From positions 35,650,001 through 35,714,000 of the forward strand of contig NC_090326.1 in assembly GCF_035084215.1 (NCBI RefSeq): DNA of 64,000 bases, read 5' to 3'. This document shows, piece by piece, positions 1 through 12,050 of the stretch. Below the pieces are notes generated by a model. It worked only from the letters and a program-made list of their open reading frames with translations, had not been told where the DNA came from and ran no database searches. Source of the stretch: Heptranchias perlo. Taxonomy: Eukaryota. The stretch's first letter is position 1. Each line of letters opens with the position of its first letter. Both the position numbers and the translations under genes were made by a program.

Positions 1-144
1 GGAACATTTTCATACTCCAGATCAGACCTGGCATTAGTCATTTAAACTAAAGGGAAGATTTTGGAGTACTACCACAGCAGTAAAAGGAATGAATAGTAAA
101 AAGGAGCTTACTGTCCAAGCAATGACTGCACTAGGTACATATAT

Positions 145-3100
145 GGGTATGGTAGCATATTGGTTATGTTACTGAACTAATAATCCAGAGGCCCGGAATA
201 ATAATCCAGAGTCATGAGTTCAAATCCCACCACGGCAGCTGGGGAATTTAAATTCAATTAATTAAATAAAATCTGGAATTAAAAAACTAGTATCAGTAAT
301 GGTGGCCATGAAACTACCAGATTATCGTAAAAACCCATCTGGTTCACTAATGCCCTTTAGGGAAGGAAACCTGCTGTCCTTACCAGGTCTGGCCTACATG
401 TGACTCCAGACCCACAGCAATGTGGTTGATTCTTAATTGCCCTCTCAAATGGCCTAGCAAGCCACTCAGTTGTACAATCTCGCTAAAAAAAGTCACAATA
501 AGACTAAAACCGGACAGACCACCGGCACCGGACACAACAACGGCAAACCAAGCCCAGGCGATCCGGCAAACTCCTCCTCACTAACATCTGGAGACTTGTG
601 CCAAAATTGGGAGAGCTGTCCCACAGACTAGTCAAGCAACAGCCTGACATAGCCATACTCACAGAATCATACATTTCAGCCAACGTCCCAGACTCTTCCA
701 TCACCATCCCTGGGTATGTCCTGTCCCACTGGCAGGACAAACCCACCAGAGGTGGCGGTACAGTGATACACAGTCAGGAGGGAGTGGCCCTGAGACTCCT
801 CAACATTGACTCGAAATCTCATGGCATCAGATCAAACATGGGCAAGGAAACCTCCTGCTGATTACCACCTACCGTCCTCCTTCAGCTGATGAATCAGTCC
901 TCCATGTTGCGAAGCACTGAGGGTAGCAAGGGCACAGAATGTACTCTGGGTGGGGGACTTCAATCTCCATCACCAAGAGTGGCTTGGTAGCACCACTACT
1001 GACCGAGCTGGCCAAGTCCCGAAGGACAAAGCTGCGAGACTGGGCCTGCGGCAGGTGGTGAGCAAACCAACACGAGGGAGAAACCCACTTGACCTCGTCC
1101 TCACCAACCTACCTGTCGCAGATGCATCTGTCCATGACAGCATTGATAGGAGTGACCACCGCACAGTTCTCGACGTCTCGTGGAGACGAAGTCCCGTCCT
1201 CGCACTGAGGACACCATCCAACGTGTTGTGTGGCACTACCACCTTGCTAAATGGGATAGATTCAAAACAGACCTAGCAGCTCAAAACTGGGCATCCATGA
1301 GGCACTGTGGGCCATCAGCAAGCAGCAGAATTGTATTGCAGCACAATTTGTAACCTCATGGCCCGGCATATTCCTCATTCTACCATTATCAACAAGCCAG
1401 GGGATCGACCCTGGTTTAACGAGGAGTGTAGAAAAGCATGCCAGGAGCAGCACTAGGCGTACCTAAGAATGAGGTGCCAACCTGGTGAAGCTACAACACA
1501 GGACTACATGCATGCTAAACAGCGGAAGCAACATGCTATAGACAGAGCTAAGCGATTCCACAACCAACGGATCAGATCAAAGCTCTGCAGTCTTGCCACA
1601 TCCAGTTGTGAATGGTGGTGGACAATTAAATAACTAACGGGAGGAGGAGGCTCTGTAAACATCCCCATCCTCAATGATGGCGGAGTCCAGCACGTGAGTG
1701 CAAAAGACAAGGCTGAAGTGTTTGCAACCATCTTCAGCCAGAAGTGCCGAGTGGATGATCCAAGTCGGCCTCCTCCCTATATCCCCACCATCACAGAAGC
1801 CTATCTTCAGCCAATTTGATTCACTCCACGTGATATCAAGAAACGGCTGAGTGCACTGGATGCAGCAATGGCTATGGGCCCTGACAACATCCCGGCTGTA
1901 GTGCTGAAGACTTGTCTTCCAGAGCTAGCCGCGCCTCTAGCCAAACTGTTCCAGTACAGCTACAACACTGGCAACTACTCAATAATGTGGAAAATTGCCC
2001 AGGTATGTCCTGTCCACAAAAAGCAGGACAAATCCAATCTGACCAATTACCGTCCCATCAGTCCACTCTCAATCATCAGCAAAGTGATGGAAGGTGTCAT
2101 CGACAGTGCTATCAAGCGGCACTTGCTCACCGATGCTCAGTTTGGGTTCCGCCACGACCACTCGGCTCCACAACTCATTACAGCCTTGGTCAAAACATGG
2201 ACAAAAGAGCTGAATTCCAGAGGTGAGGTGAGAGTGATTGCCCTTGACATCAAGGCAGCATTTGACCGAGTGTGGCACCAAGGAGCCCTAGTAAAATTGA
2301 AGTCAATGGGAATCAGGGGGAAAACTCTCCAGTGGCTGGAGTAATACCTAGCACAAAGGAAGATGGTAGTGGTTGTTGGAGGCCAATCATCTCAGCCCCA
2401 GGACATTGCTGCAGGAGTTCCTCAGAGCAGTGACCTAGGCCCAACCATCTTCAGCTGCTTCATCAATGACCTTCCCTCCATCATAAGGTCAGAAATGGGG
2501 ATGTTCGCTGATGATTGCACAGTGTCCAGTTCCATTCGCAACACCTCAGATAATGAAGCAGTCCGTGCCCGCATGCAGCAAGACCTGGACAACATCCAGG
2601 CTTGGGCTGATAAGTGGCAAGTAACATTTGCGCCAGACAAGTGCCAGGCAATGACCATCCCCAACAAGAGAGAGTCTAACCACCTCCCCTTGACATTCAA
2701 CGGCATTATCATCGCCGAATCCCCCACCATCAACATCCTGGGGGTCACCATTGACCAGAAACTTAACTGGACCAGCCACATAAATACTGTGGCTACAAGA
2801 GCAGGTCAGAGGCTGGGTATTCTGCGGTGAGTGGCTCACCTCCTGACTCCCCAAAGCCTTTCCACCATCTACAAGGCACAAGTCAGGAGTGTGATGGAAT
2901 ACTCTCCACTTGCTTGGATGAGTGCAGCTCCAACAACACTCAAGAGGCTCGACACCATCCAGGACAAAGCATTCCGCTTGATTGGCACCCCATCCAGCAC
3001 CCTAAACTTTCACTCCCTTCACCACCGGCGCACTGTGGCTGCAGTATGCATCATCCACAGGATGCACTGCAGCAACTCGCCAAGGCTTCTTCGACAGCAC

Positions 3101-3410
3101 CTCCCAAACCCACGACCTCTACCGCCTAGAAGGACAAGGGCAGCAGGCACATGGGAACAACACCACCTGCACGTTCCCCTCCAAGTCACACACCATCCCG
3201 ACTTGGAAATATATTGCCGTTCCTTTATCGTCACTGGGTCAAAATCCTGGAACTCCCTACCTAACAGCACTGTGGGAGAACCTTCACCACATGGACAGCA
3301 GCGGTTCAAGAAGGCGGCTCACCACCACCTTCTCAAGGGCAATTAGGGATGGGCAATAAATGCTGGCCTCGCCAGCGACGCCCACAACCCACGAACGAAT
3401 AAGAAAAAAA
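145..3410 (+). mobile_element. Near-full-length CR1-group (Zenon-like) non-LTR retrotransposon, single EN+RT ORF, tRNA-like 5' head, decayed
   Basis: APE endonuclease motifs (DIAILTES, GDFNLHH, LDLVLTN, SDHRTV) and RT motifs (NYRPIS, QFGFR, LDIKAAFD, GVPQ, MFADD) are spread over frameshifted ORFs 598-3346. 3' end GGCAATTAGGGATGGGCAATAAATGC followed by an A-rich tail. 5' end has A-box-like (GGTAGCATATTGG) and B-box-like (GAGTTCAAATCCC) motifs. Confidence 0.9.
570..3346 (+). pseudogene. Disrupted endonuclease/reverse transcriptase ORF of the LINE
   Basis: ORF pieces 598-861, 950-1276, 1868-2344, 2363-2830 and 2831-3346 are colinear EN-RT-C-terminal segments broken by stops and frameshifts. Confidence 0.88.
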
Positions 3411-3519
3411 TGGCCATTGGCAGATGCACCACAGCAGAGCAGTAGTAAGAAAAGGCCACCTATGGATGGATACGAAGCACACAAGACAGAGCAGGTACTG
3501 TCCCAGGCAATGGATGTAC

Positions 3520-3700
3520 TGCGACAGAGTGGAAGAAGAGCATATGATAGGTTGAGGCTTATCAGGGAGGTGTGCAATCTGGCAACAGGACAGTGCAGAG
3601 ACAATCAATCACCTGCAATGAATCATAGCAGTGAAGATCACTACTGCCCTCAGCTTTTATCCCACAGGGACCTTCCAGGATCTGCAGCTCCAGTGTCAAA
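3520..3700 (+). pseudogene. Old Harbinger transposase N-terminal remnant
   Basis: About 3625-3680 translates IAVKITTALSFYPTGTFQG, matching VTVKVTTALNLFASGSFQG in the transposase at 7639-8834. Upstream RLRLIREVCNL resembles QRLRVGRQVVTDIC. Confidence 0.6.
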
Positions 3701-3706
3701 CACTTT

Positions 3707-4215
3707 GGTCCCGATTTTAACGGGGGGCCAGTCTTTCGCGGGTGAGTTTTGATGTCGGTTCTAAACTCACCCAATGCAGCAAAAACGAGTCCCTGAGTAT
3801 TATAACACTCAGGTCTCATTTACATGCCACAGCCCGACTTCCCACCCATTTCGTGGAACTGTGGCATAATTACTGCAGTTTATTAAGCAATCATCAAGAA
3901 ATGGTTACTGGGAAGTATTTTGGTCAATATTGTATTGCAACACTTTTTCGTATCTGTATCTTTCTGTGCTAAACCACAGTGATTTTGCAATCCAGCAGTC
4001 CCATTGGGGAACAGCATTCGCAGGGCCGCTTCTTAGAAAATTAAGGGCTATGTACATGCAATTTCCCCCATGTGTTCCTGCAAGTATTGCTCCCCGTTGG
4101 GAGTGCCGGATCATGGAATCGCTCCTACCGTGTACACTTTTGGGACTTTTTGCACCTCTGTGTGATGCCCATCAGACGTTAATATGGTTGGGCTTTAAGA
4201 AGGTAAAACTCAGCA
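3707..4215. mobile_element. Probable truncated non-autonomous Harbinger-like element
   Basis: Starts with GGTCCCGATTTTAA, the TIR type seen at 5096. Right boundary not identified. Confidence 0.35.
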
Positions 4216-5024
4216 TATTTTAAAGATTGATTTCCAATTCACAGTAAATCATTAATACATAAAACACTTCATTTTTGCAGCTTTGGGCTGCTCACAATGT
4301 TTTTCAATATTGCACGTGCTATTAGGAGCAGCTGTTTCACAGCATCAGAACCAGAATCAGGAGCAGATATAACGAAAGAGTTGTCCCTTGCTAAAGGCAT
4401 TTGCAGTGTTTTGTTTTAAGACAACTATCTCTGGTGAAATTTTTGTGACTTCAATTCCTTTTCCAAATCACAGAATTTTAGAAATTTCAATGGCTTGGGG
4501 AGTCTTATCTGGTTAACTGCAATTTTGCAGATGTAATTTTGCCCTAACCAATCCCACCTCCTCCTGCACATGCTAATTTTAGGTCCATTTAAATCAACAA
4601 ATCACAGGTTTGCAATACAATTACATTTTGGTGGGGGTTTTCTGCTTCTGCGCCTGCCAGCCTGCGATTTTCTGCAGATAGAAAATCACCAGCTGGCAAT
4701 AAAACAGAAAACCCCAGCCACTGTGTTTTTGGCTGTTCAAATTCACTTATCTGTTAAAGGGATGCAGTCAAGAACACTTGTCTTCAAAGGGTAAAATTAG
4801 AGATAAGAAATAATGGAGGAATAAGTGGTGGAGGATAATGCACAGATATCCAAGGAAAGGATCCACAAGTCCATGTGATATTCTTCGGCAGTTGGAGTTT
4901 CAGCTCCTGCATAGGCATTTGCTGCCCACAGCCAGTAGCCACATTTAACCAGCATGAGCAAAGATTGAGTGATTCAATCTTCTGTGCCATGCAAATCATC
5001 AAGTGATGTATAAAGAATTAAGGA

Positions 5025-5095
5025 AGAACAAACTTGCATTTATGTTGCATTTTTTCACATCTCTCAGAGTGTCCCAAAAATGTTTCACAGACAAT
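5025..5095 (-). mobile_element. DeuSINE (SacSINE1/AmnSINE1-like) 3' tail, split by the Harbinger insertion
   Basis: AACTTGCATTTAT...TCCCAAA...TTCACAGACAAT tail, which resumes colinearly at 9359 (compare the copy at 62672-62880). Confidence 0.75.
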
Positions 5096-5348
5096 GGCCC
5101 CGATTTTAGAGTGGAGGCCAGATGGCAGCGGGGGTGGGGGGTGAATGGGCGTGCGGGTAACCCGACCAATAAATAATGTCCGTTTTCCACGCGATCGCGA
5201 TTCATTTGGTGCCACTTAACGTGGCTTCTGGGTTTGCCATCCGAAAGCTGCGCAGTGGGTTGACTGCACACCCGCATCACAGGAGGAGCTCTATTTAAAG
5301 GGCCATTGCTCCAATGGCTTTTCCTGGACCAAACACCCACACACCACA

Positions 5349-7323
5349 ATGGAGCAGCACAGGGGCAAGGCTGCTCCAAGATTCAATGATGCCTCACTCC
5401 AGGTACTACTGGATGGGGTGAGGAGGAGGAGGGATATGTTTTACCTGGCGAACAGGAGGAAGTGGCCTGTCTCTGCCACCAAGAAGGCCTGGCTCAAGGT
5501 GGCAGAGGAGGTCACCAGCAGCAGCAACATCTCCCGCACCTGGGTCCAGTGCAGGAAGCGCTTCAATGACCTAACTAGGTCAGCAAAAGTGAGTACACTT
5601 ACTCATTCTCCTACAATCCATCTTCCACATCACCGGTCCCACTCCCAACTCATTCTGCACTGCCAACACTACTCTATCACATCACTCCTCACACCCACTC
5701 AAACTTCATCCTCAACATACCTGCACTTCCTCAGCTCCCCATTAGTCACCCCGCCACTACCACTCAACCCAGTCCTCATCCAATGTGATGTCTCTGTCTC
5801 ATTCTCACCCTCTGATGCATCTCTTTCACAGTCAGCCTCACCCAAACCAATGCATTCATCGGTTGGCCACTTCACCTCACTCACTCACACACCTGTTCTT
5901 TCTCCTCTTATAGGAGAAGAGAGCTCAGAACGCGCGGGAGTGGGCGATGACCAAAGGGGGACCGCAACAAATCATCATCCTCACAGAGGCGTAGCAGGAG
6001 GCGCTGGAGCTCAGCCGAACCCTCGAGTGCCTGTCCGTCGGGGACGCCGAAACTGGCACCCCACAAACGTCTGGTGACACAACTTTAACATTCATCACAC
6101 ACAATATGAATGCATGTTAACATGCCTTGCCATCTTCAGCACCTCAGTATGCTCATTGCAACATGACATATCTGTGATGGTGCTTAATATTGCTTTCTGT
6201 TCTCTTACAGGGCCTTCAGCGACCGCAGTGACAGAAGAGGGCGATTCCTAAGAGAACCTGCCGGCTTCTGAGGGCGCACCATCACATCTTAGCGAGCCAT
6301 CCACCAGCGCAGATACTCACACCTCAGTGGGTCCTAGTCCTCAGTTAGTTGGGTTGGCACCTGGTGAGTTACCACACACGTGAGCACGAGCAGACGCTGG
6401 TGGCAGGGGCAGCTGTGGAGAGTCTGCGTCGGTGGGAGCACTCCTCTCCAGGCTCTGCTCAGCTGGATGCAGATGCGGAACCCTGAGGGCCATCCTTTAA
6501 AAGGAGAATGATCGAGGGACAGCAGCACATTTGCAAGGTACTGGAACAGGTGCCGCGCGCACCCTCCACAATGAGGATGGAGGAGTCCAACTCCTGCATG
6601 AGTGGAATGGTGACACAAGTACGGGAGGAAATCTCTGAGATACTGTCACAGGGACGTGAGGGAATCTCTGAGATAGTGTCACAGGGACGTGAGGGAATCT
6701 CTGAGATAGTATCACAGGGACGTGAGGGAATCTCTGAGATAGTATAACAGGGACATGAGCAACTCTCTGAGATACTGTCACAGGTAAATGCGGGAATGTC
6801 TGTGATGGAGAGAAGGCTAGCCTCCACTGAGCTTCAAGCACAGCTTACAAATGAGTCCATTCAGGCCCTGACAATGACCTTTCGGACTCAGGCTGAACAA
6901 CATTCTGCCGCCTAAACAGGCAGACTAGCACTGGCCTTACAAGGCATCACAGATGTCCTCCAAACTGTTGTCCAGCAGAATGGTAGGAGTGATGTGGCCC
7001 TGGCCCAGGGGAGGGATGATGGCGAAAAGGGACATGAAAGTGGGGACGCCATTCAAAGCGCTCCCACGTCTCACCCGTTGCCTCCCTCTCAACCAGTACC
7101 CGCAATGCTGCCTCCTCTCCAGGTGACCGAGTCTGCCCCTGCACAGGTGCAGGTGGAGCAGTCTTTGGAGGGGCCCTCACGGGCTCCAAAACCCAGAGGG
7201 CATAGGCCCAAAGCATCTAAGCAGTCAGGGCATGAACAAGAGCAACTTGCCACTACCTCTGCTACAGCCACAGGGGATGCACCACGTCGATGTTGTCATA
7301 AGAGAAAGGCGAAAGTTTTGTGA
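5349..7323 (+). pseudogene. Harbinger Myb/SANT-like DNA-binding protein, 3 exons (5349-5588, 5914-6073, 6211-7323), with premature stops
   Basis: Exon 1 PRFNDASLQVLL...KKAWLKVAEEV...RTWVQCRKRFNDL, donor GTGAGT at 5589. Acceptor TTATAG/5914 gives EKRAQNARE...KGGP. Acceptor TTACAG/6211. In-frame TAG at about 5992 and TAA at about 6249. Confidence 0.8.
6620..6790 (+). repeat. 33-bp coding tandem repeat (about 5 copies, GISEIVSQGRE)
   Basis: The unit GGGAATCTCTGAGATAGTGTCACAGGGACGTGA repeats in frame within ORF 6508-6747. Confidence 0.9.
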
Positions 7324-7638
7324 GCACGAAGGGTGTGCACAAGGGTGTTTGACAGACAGTCATGTTTTTTATTTATATTTGCTTTTTGTTAAACTCACAT
7401 TAAATATTATGATTGTCACACGACTTGGCCATTCTTGACTGCCTTTTGTGATTGGGCCCTTTCATGAGGTTCACCATGAATGGTGACACTTGATGCCACC
7501 CATTGGGTTATTTTACAGTGGGTGTATGTGTAGTTGCAGGACTGTTTTGTGTAGGGAGGGGTGGGGGTGGGGGGGGGTTCGTGCGGGCGCTGTTCTTTCC
7601 AGGTGGTGTGAGGACTGGACTCTTCACACTTTCTGATG

Positions 7639-8834
7639 TTAGGAGAACCGTTCACATATCAGTGAACCCCTGGCCTCATGAGCAGCCAGGTGAGCCACTG
7701 CACTGCCCTTGGGTTCCTCCTGCTCCTGCTCCTCCTCCTCCTCCTCCCCCTCAACGTGGATGGAAGGTGTGGATGGGGTGTCCTCAAGCTGCACCCTCTC
7801 TGTTGTGTGATGTTGTGCTCTACTATAATGCGTCCCACTCTGTCTGGTGCGTATTGAAACGCTCCCGCAGAATGATCAAGGCACCTAAATTGTATCTTGA
7901 GCAGCCGTATATAGCATGCTCAATTGTAGACCTGGTGGTGATGTGGCTGTCGTTATATCGACGCTGTTGCTCGGTGATGGAGTTCCTCAGAGGTGTCATG
8001 AGCCACGTGTCCAGGGGGTATCCCTTGTCCCTGAGGAGCCAGCCCTTAAGGGTGTTCGGTGCTTGGAAGAGGGGCGGGATGTTGGATTCCCTGAGGATGA
8101 GGATGAAGGAATCGTGGCAGCTGCCAGGGAATCTGGCGCACTCATGAAGGAATCTTATGCGGTGGTCATAAATGAGCTGAGTGTTGATGGAGTGATACCC
8201 CTTCCTGTTGATGAACAGTCCTGGCTCGTGTGGAGGTGCTCGTATTGCTAAATGGGTGCAATCGATTGCACCCTGCACCCATGGGAAGCCAGCCACAGAG
8301 TGGAATCCCATTGCCTTCTCCGTCTGGCTGAGGTCGTCCATGGGGAAGTTGTCATATTGTGAGGCCCTGTGAAACAAACAGTCGGTGACCTGCTTTATGC
8401 ACTTGTGTGCAGACGACTGAGAGACCCTGGCGGCACCCTGGAATGATCCGGAGGCGAAGAGGTTGAGGGCAGTGGTGACTTTGACAGTGACAGGTAAGGA
8501 GATGCTGCTCGGGCCAGCCGTGAGCAGCTCGGCATGAAGGGGGCTGCAGATGTCTGTGACTACCTGGCGACCGACTCTGAGCCTCTGAATGCACTGCTCC
8601 TCAGAGAGGTCCAGGAAGCTGAGCCTCGGTCTGTAGACCCTGTGGCGAGGGTAGTGCCTCCTGTGACGTCGCTCTCTCTGTTGTTGCTCTCTTTGTTCTT
8701 GTGCAGGTGCCTGTGGCGCAGCACTGTTGTGGAGCTCCAAGTGGCGGAGGCGGATGCCATGCATGGCGAGGTTGGTGATGTTGCTCGTCCTCGGATGTAG
8801 TGGCGAATGCAGCCATGGCCCCCCCCCCCCCCAT
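7639..8834 (-). pseudogene. Harbinger (HARBI1-family) DDE transposase, frameshifted
   Basis: Motifs GFPWVQGAIDCTH, NRKGYHSINTQL, ARFPGSCHDSFIL, DKGYPLDTWLMTP and YNDSHITTRSTIEH. C-terminus ...EARGSLICERFS* ends at 7639 in a shifted frame. Confidence 0.93.
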
Positions 8835-9358
8835 CCTGATGGTGAGAGTTTGAGGGGGGGTCGCAAAGTATGTGTGAACAGAAGAATTTTGAATGGAAAG
8901 TAAGAATTTTCAGTGAAAACACAAAGATCTCGCAGCCAAAACTTTGTCTGAAAGAACTGAGTGCCCTGTTGCAATAAGTGACCTTTTCTCCCCATCTGTC
9001 AAAGAAGCATTTGAATGTGCAACTGGCTGCTGGCTGAAACACGTCTGTTGCAACATGGAGTGTTTCCTACAGCACGGGAAACACACTGAGGATGCTTCAA
9101 AATTGCACCCCTGCCTCAATGTGGAGAAAATTAAGTAGTTCAACTATTTGAACTATCTAAACAACTGTGCCAAGTATCATCCCGCCGGCTTTAATTGCAG
9201 GTGGGACTTCCGCATTCGGGAGGCGCGCGCGCACCTAGACGCGTCAGTGGGGAACCCGGAAGTCTGCAGGTTGGAGCAGGGTTCCGACCCCGATTGGGAT
9301 TTCCCCGATTTTCAGAGCCCCCCAGCCCCCAACATTTCCCTGGAAAATTGAGCCTAAT

Positions 9359-9710
9359 GATTTACTGTTGTTGTGTAGGCAAACATGGGAGTCATTTTGC
9401 ACACAAAAAGCTCCCAGGAACAGCACTGAAGTAAATAACAAGTTAATTTATTTTGGTTGTGTTGGTTGAGGGGAGAATGTTGTTCAGAATGGGAGAACAC
9501 CCTGCCACCTTCAGATTGTGGCATGGGATCTTTAATGTCCACTTGCCCCAGGTGGAACCTTGGTTTAACATCTCACAGAAGGAGCCACATCCAACTATGC
9601 AGCACTCCCTCGGTTCCACCTAGGGTGCCAACCTAGATAATGTGTTCTTGACCTGGAATGAATCCATAATCTTCTGACTCAGAGGTTAGAGTATTATAAT
9701 TGAACCAGTT
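9359..9710 (-). mobile_element. Remainder of the degraded DeuSINE split by the Harbinger
   Basis: CTGTTGTTGTGTAGGCAAAC...GTTGGTTGAGGG...GCATGGGATCTTTAATGTCCAC, colinear with the other DeuSINE copies. Confidence 0.7.
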
Positions 9711-9929
9711 TTAGCCAGAAGGCCTGTAATTTGTTCCTGATACAAAATATACCAGCTTTCCTTTATCCAGATTTATGCTGGTTTCTCAAATACTTTCTGA
9801 ATTATGGACTACACATCTTTGCTGTTTCTGAAAATAGCATTTATTGGAAGTATTAAAGTAATATTTGAAGAACCTGTCCTGATTTACATGGAATTGCACC
9901 ACCTCTTAACCATCATGGACCGAATTTTG

Positions 9930-10390
9930 CCAGTATATGAAAATTTACCCCATGTGTTATAGCCAACTGCCTCCTGGGTGATGGATTTAACAAAACTTAT
10001 ATTGATGGTGGCTAACTTTTGGATAGGTTCTGTATCATTGTGGACAGCTACAAACTAATCGAGTCAGTATATATTTCATGAGTTTGCACTTGTTCTCCAA
10101 AAACAAAACTTTGCCTTGGCAACCTGGCTGATGACTCCATGAGGATCCCAGGACCATTTGCTCATGTCAGGATCACCATTCTCATTATTAAAGCCATCAG
10201 ATATGCTCTTAATGAAACTTTGGCTGACCTTAAAGGTCACCATCAGTATCTGGACATCGCTACCAATCCTGAATACATAGAACTGCTGGTTCCCAGTGAT
10301 CTGGATGCAGACCAGTCCATAAATGTCTGGCTTGGATAATTTGATAATTTGGACAATGGCAGAGGGGAAGCTATTGATAGGTGGGAAATC
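9930..10390 (+). pseudogene. Ancient Harbinger transposase fossil
   Basis: Translates to NLPHVL, IIVDSYKLI, FALATWLMTP and NETLADLKGHHQYLD, in the order of the family motifs GFPxV, QLVCD, YPLxxWLMTP and IERxxGxLKxRFRCLD. Confidence 0.55.
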
Positions 10391-10671
10391 GGAAAAACAC
10401 AAACAGACATTAAACCAAATTCAATGGGCCTAATTTTTCAGATATGAAGCTGCACTTGTCCCATATCCCACCAGAAGTTATTGTGCACACATCTGACTGG
10501 AAGATAAAATGCACAACAAAGTGTTTTTAAAAATGTTGATATTTTGTTGACTTGTTATCAACAAATCACAAATTATTGTATAGTTCTGAAATTTCCCAGT
10601 AGCTATTATATACAAGAAGCCTGCAAACCGAACAATTGTCCTGCACAAACAAAATCTGTTAATTAGTTTAA

Positions 10672-10985
10672 GAAAGAAAGTGCTTGCATTTATATAGCAT
10701 CTTATCACTTCCTCGGGGCATTCCAAAGTGCTTTACAACCAATGGATTATTTTTGAAGTGTAGTCATTGTTGTTATCTAGGCAAACGGGCAACCATTTTG
10801 TGCATAACAAGATCCCACAAATAGCAAATCGACGAATTACCAAATGATCTGTTTCTGGTGGGTGGTCGAGAAAGAAATATTGGCCAGGACATTGGGAGAG
10901 CTCCCTGGTTTTTGAATAATGCCATGGGATTTTTTTTTACTTCTACCTGACCAGGCAGACAGGGCTTTGGTTTTTCATCCAAAGG
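10672..10985 (-). mobile_element. DeuSINE fragment (Deu domain plus tail)
   Basis: CTTGCATTTATATAGC tail, TTTGAAGTGTAGTCA, AATATTGGCCAGGACA and GCCATGGGAT. Confidence 0.8.
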
Positions 10986-11100
10986 ACTAGTTTCCATGAT
11001 TCATTGAAATGTAAGTGAAAATAAGCAGGCAGTTTCTGTAAACAAATTTTATTAACCAGTTCATCAACTAGTTTACTGACCAGATTTCCAAATTAGTCAA

Positions 11101-11390
11101 CATAATGGCTGAGGTACTAAATGAGTACTTTGCATCTGTCTTTGCTAAAGAAGAGGATGCGGCCAATGTCACAGTAAAGGAGGAGGTAATAGAGAAATTG
11201 GAAAGGATAAAAATAGACAAAAAGGAGGTACTTAAAAGGTTGGCAGCGCTCAAAGTAGAAAAGTTGCCCGGTCCGGATGGATTGCTGAGGGGACTAAGGG
11301 TGGAAATTGCTGAGGCTCTGGCCACAATCTTCCAATCTTCCTTAGATATGGGAGTAGTGTCAGAGGACTGGAAGATTGCATATGTTACAT
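11101..11390 (+). mobile_element. CR1 LINE internal ORF2 fragment
   Basis: MAEVLNEYFASVF...PGPDG...DWKIAYVT, similar to 23800-24090. Confidence 0.85.
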
Positions 11391-12050
11391 TCCATGATTC
11401 TATTCCATGTTGTCAATTTTTCCAATCTTGACTAAATAGCATCATTGCATCACATACGATAGCATAATAAAGTCCTTACAGCAAGAAGAACAGGCAACAG
11501 TAAAACTGACCACACAGTGACTTCGCATAAAAGGACTATTTTGTATTTCTGATCTTCACTACATTTATTTTTAGTTTTGGTTTTCTTTCAGGTTTGTGAC
11601 CACTTCAGTATTGTTTAGTTTGTCTGTTTTGTTGAGATATGCAAGCACATTTTGAATGAAGAGCATTTTGCTATGGATAACCTCTCAATGGCTGTGGTTG
11701 AGTTAACTTAAGAGAAAGACAGTCCCTGGGTCTAGCATGAGTGCATTGAGGGAGTCAATAATTGGGACTATACCCATCTCCATGAGCTAGAAACCTGCAT
11801 TAACACTAGCCTCAACATCTTCTCAGCCTTACATAACCACTTCTTCCAGGGATTGATATCTTGTGGAAAGCATTTCATTTTGGCACCAGTAATTCCTTCT
11901 AAAACTCCTTAAGCTCATCATTTTCAGATTATGTACGATTTTGTGGACTGTTTTACAATGCAACTCTTACCAGGTATTTTTACTCAGCACAAAAAACACT
12001 CCGGTGAGCAAGCCCTTGCTCCCCATGAACCAAAGTACGATTTTATATAC

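Larger units (their letters stand above)
5096..9355. mobile_element. Complete (decayed) PIF/Harbinger DNA transposon with convergent Myb/SANT and transposase genes
   Basis: Imperfect TIRs GGCCCCGATTTT (5096) and AAAATTGAGCCT (ending 9355). 3-bp TSD AAT at 5093-5095 and 9356-9358. The host SINE rejoins across the insertion. Two genes lie tail-to-tail. Confidence 0.92.

Noticed and set aside
145-240. tRNA gene
   Set aside because: A- and B-box-like motifs are present but no full cloverleaf; it is a retroelement head.
5589-6077. C-terminal two-thirds of the 242-aa ORF
   Set aside because: Read-through into an intron (GTGAGT donor at 5589); exon 2 is in another frame.
7823-8995. Host gene HARBI1
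   Set aside because: It lies within TIRs and a TSD, is paired with a Myb gene and is frameshifted, so it is a transposon copy rather than the domesticated gene.
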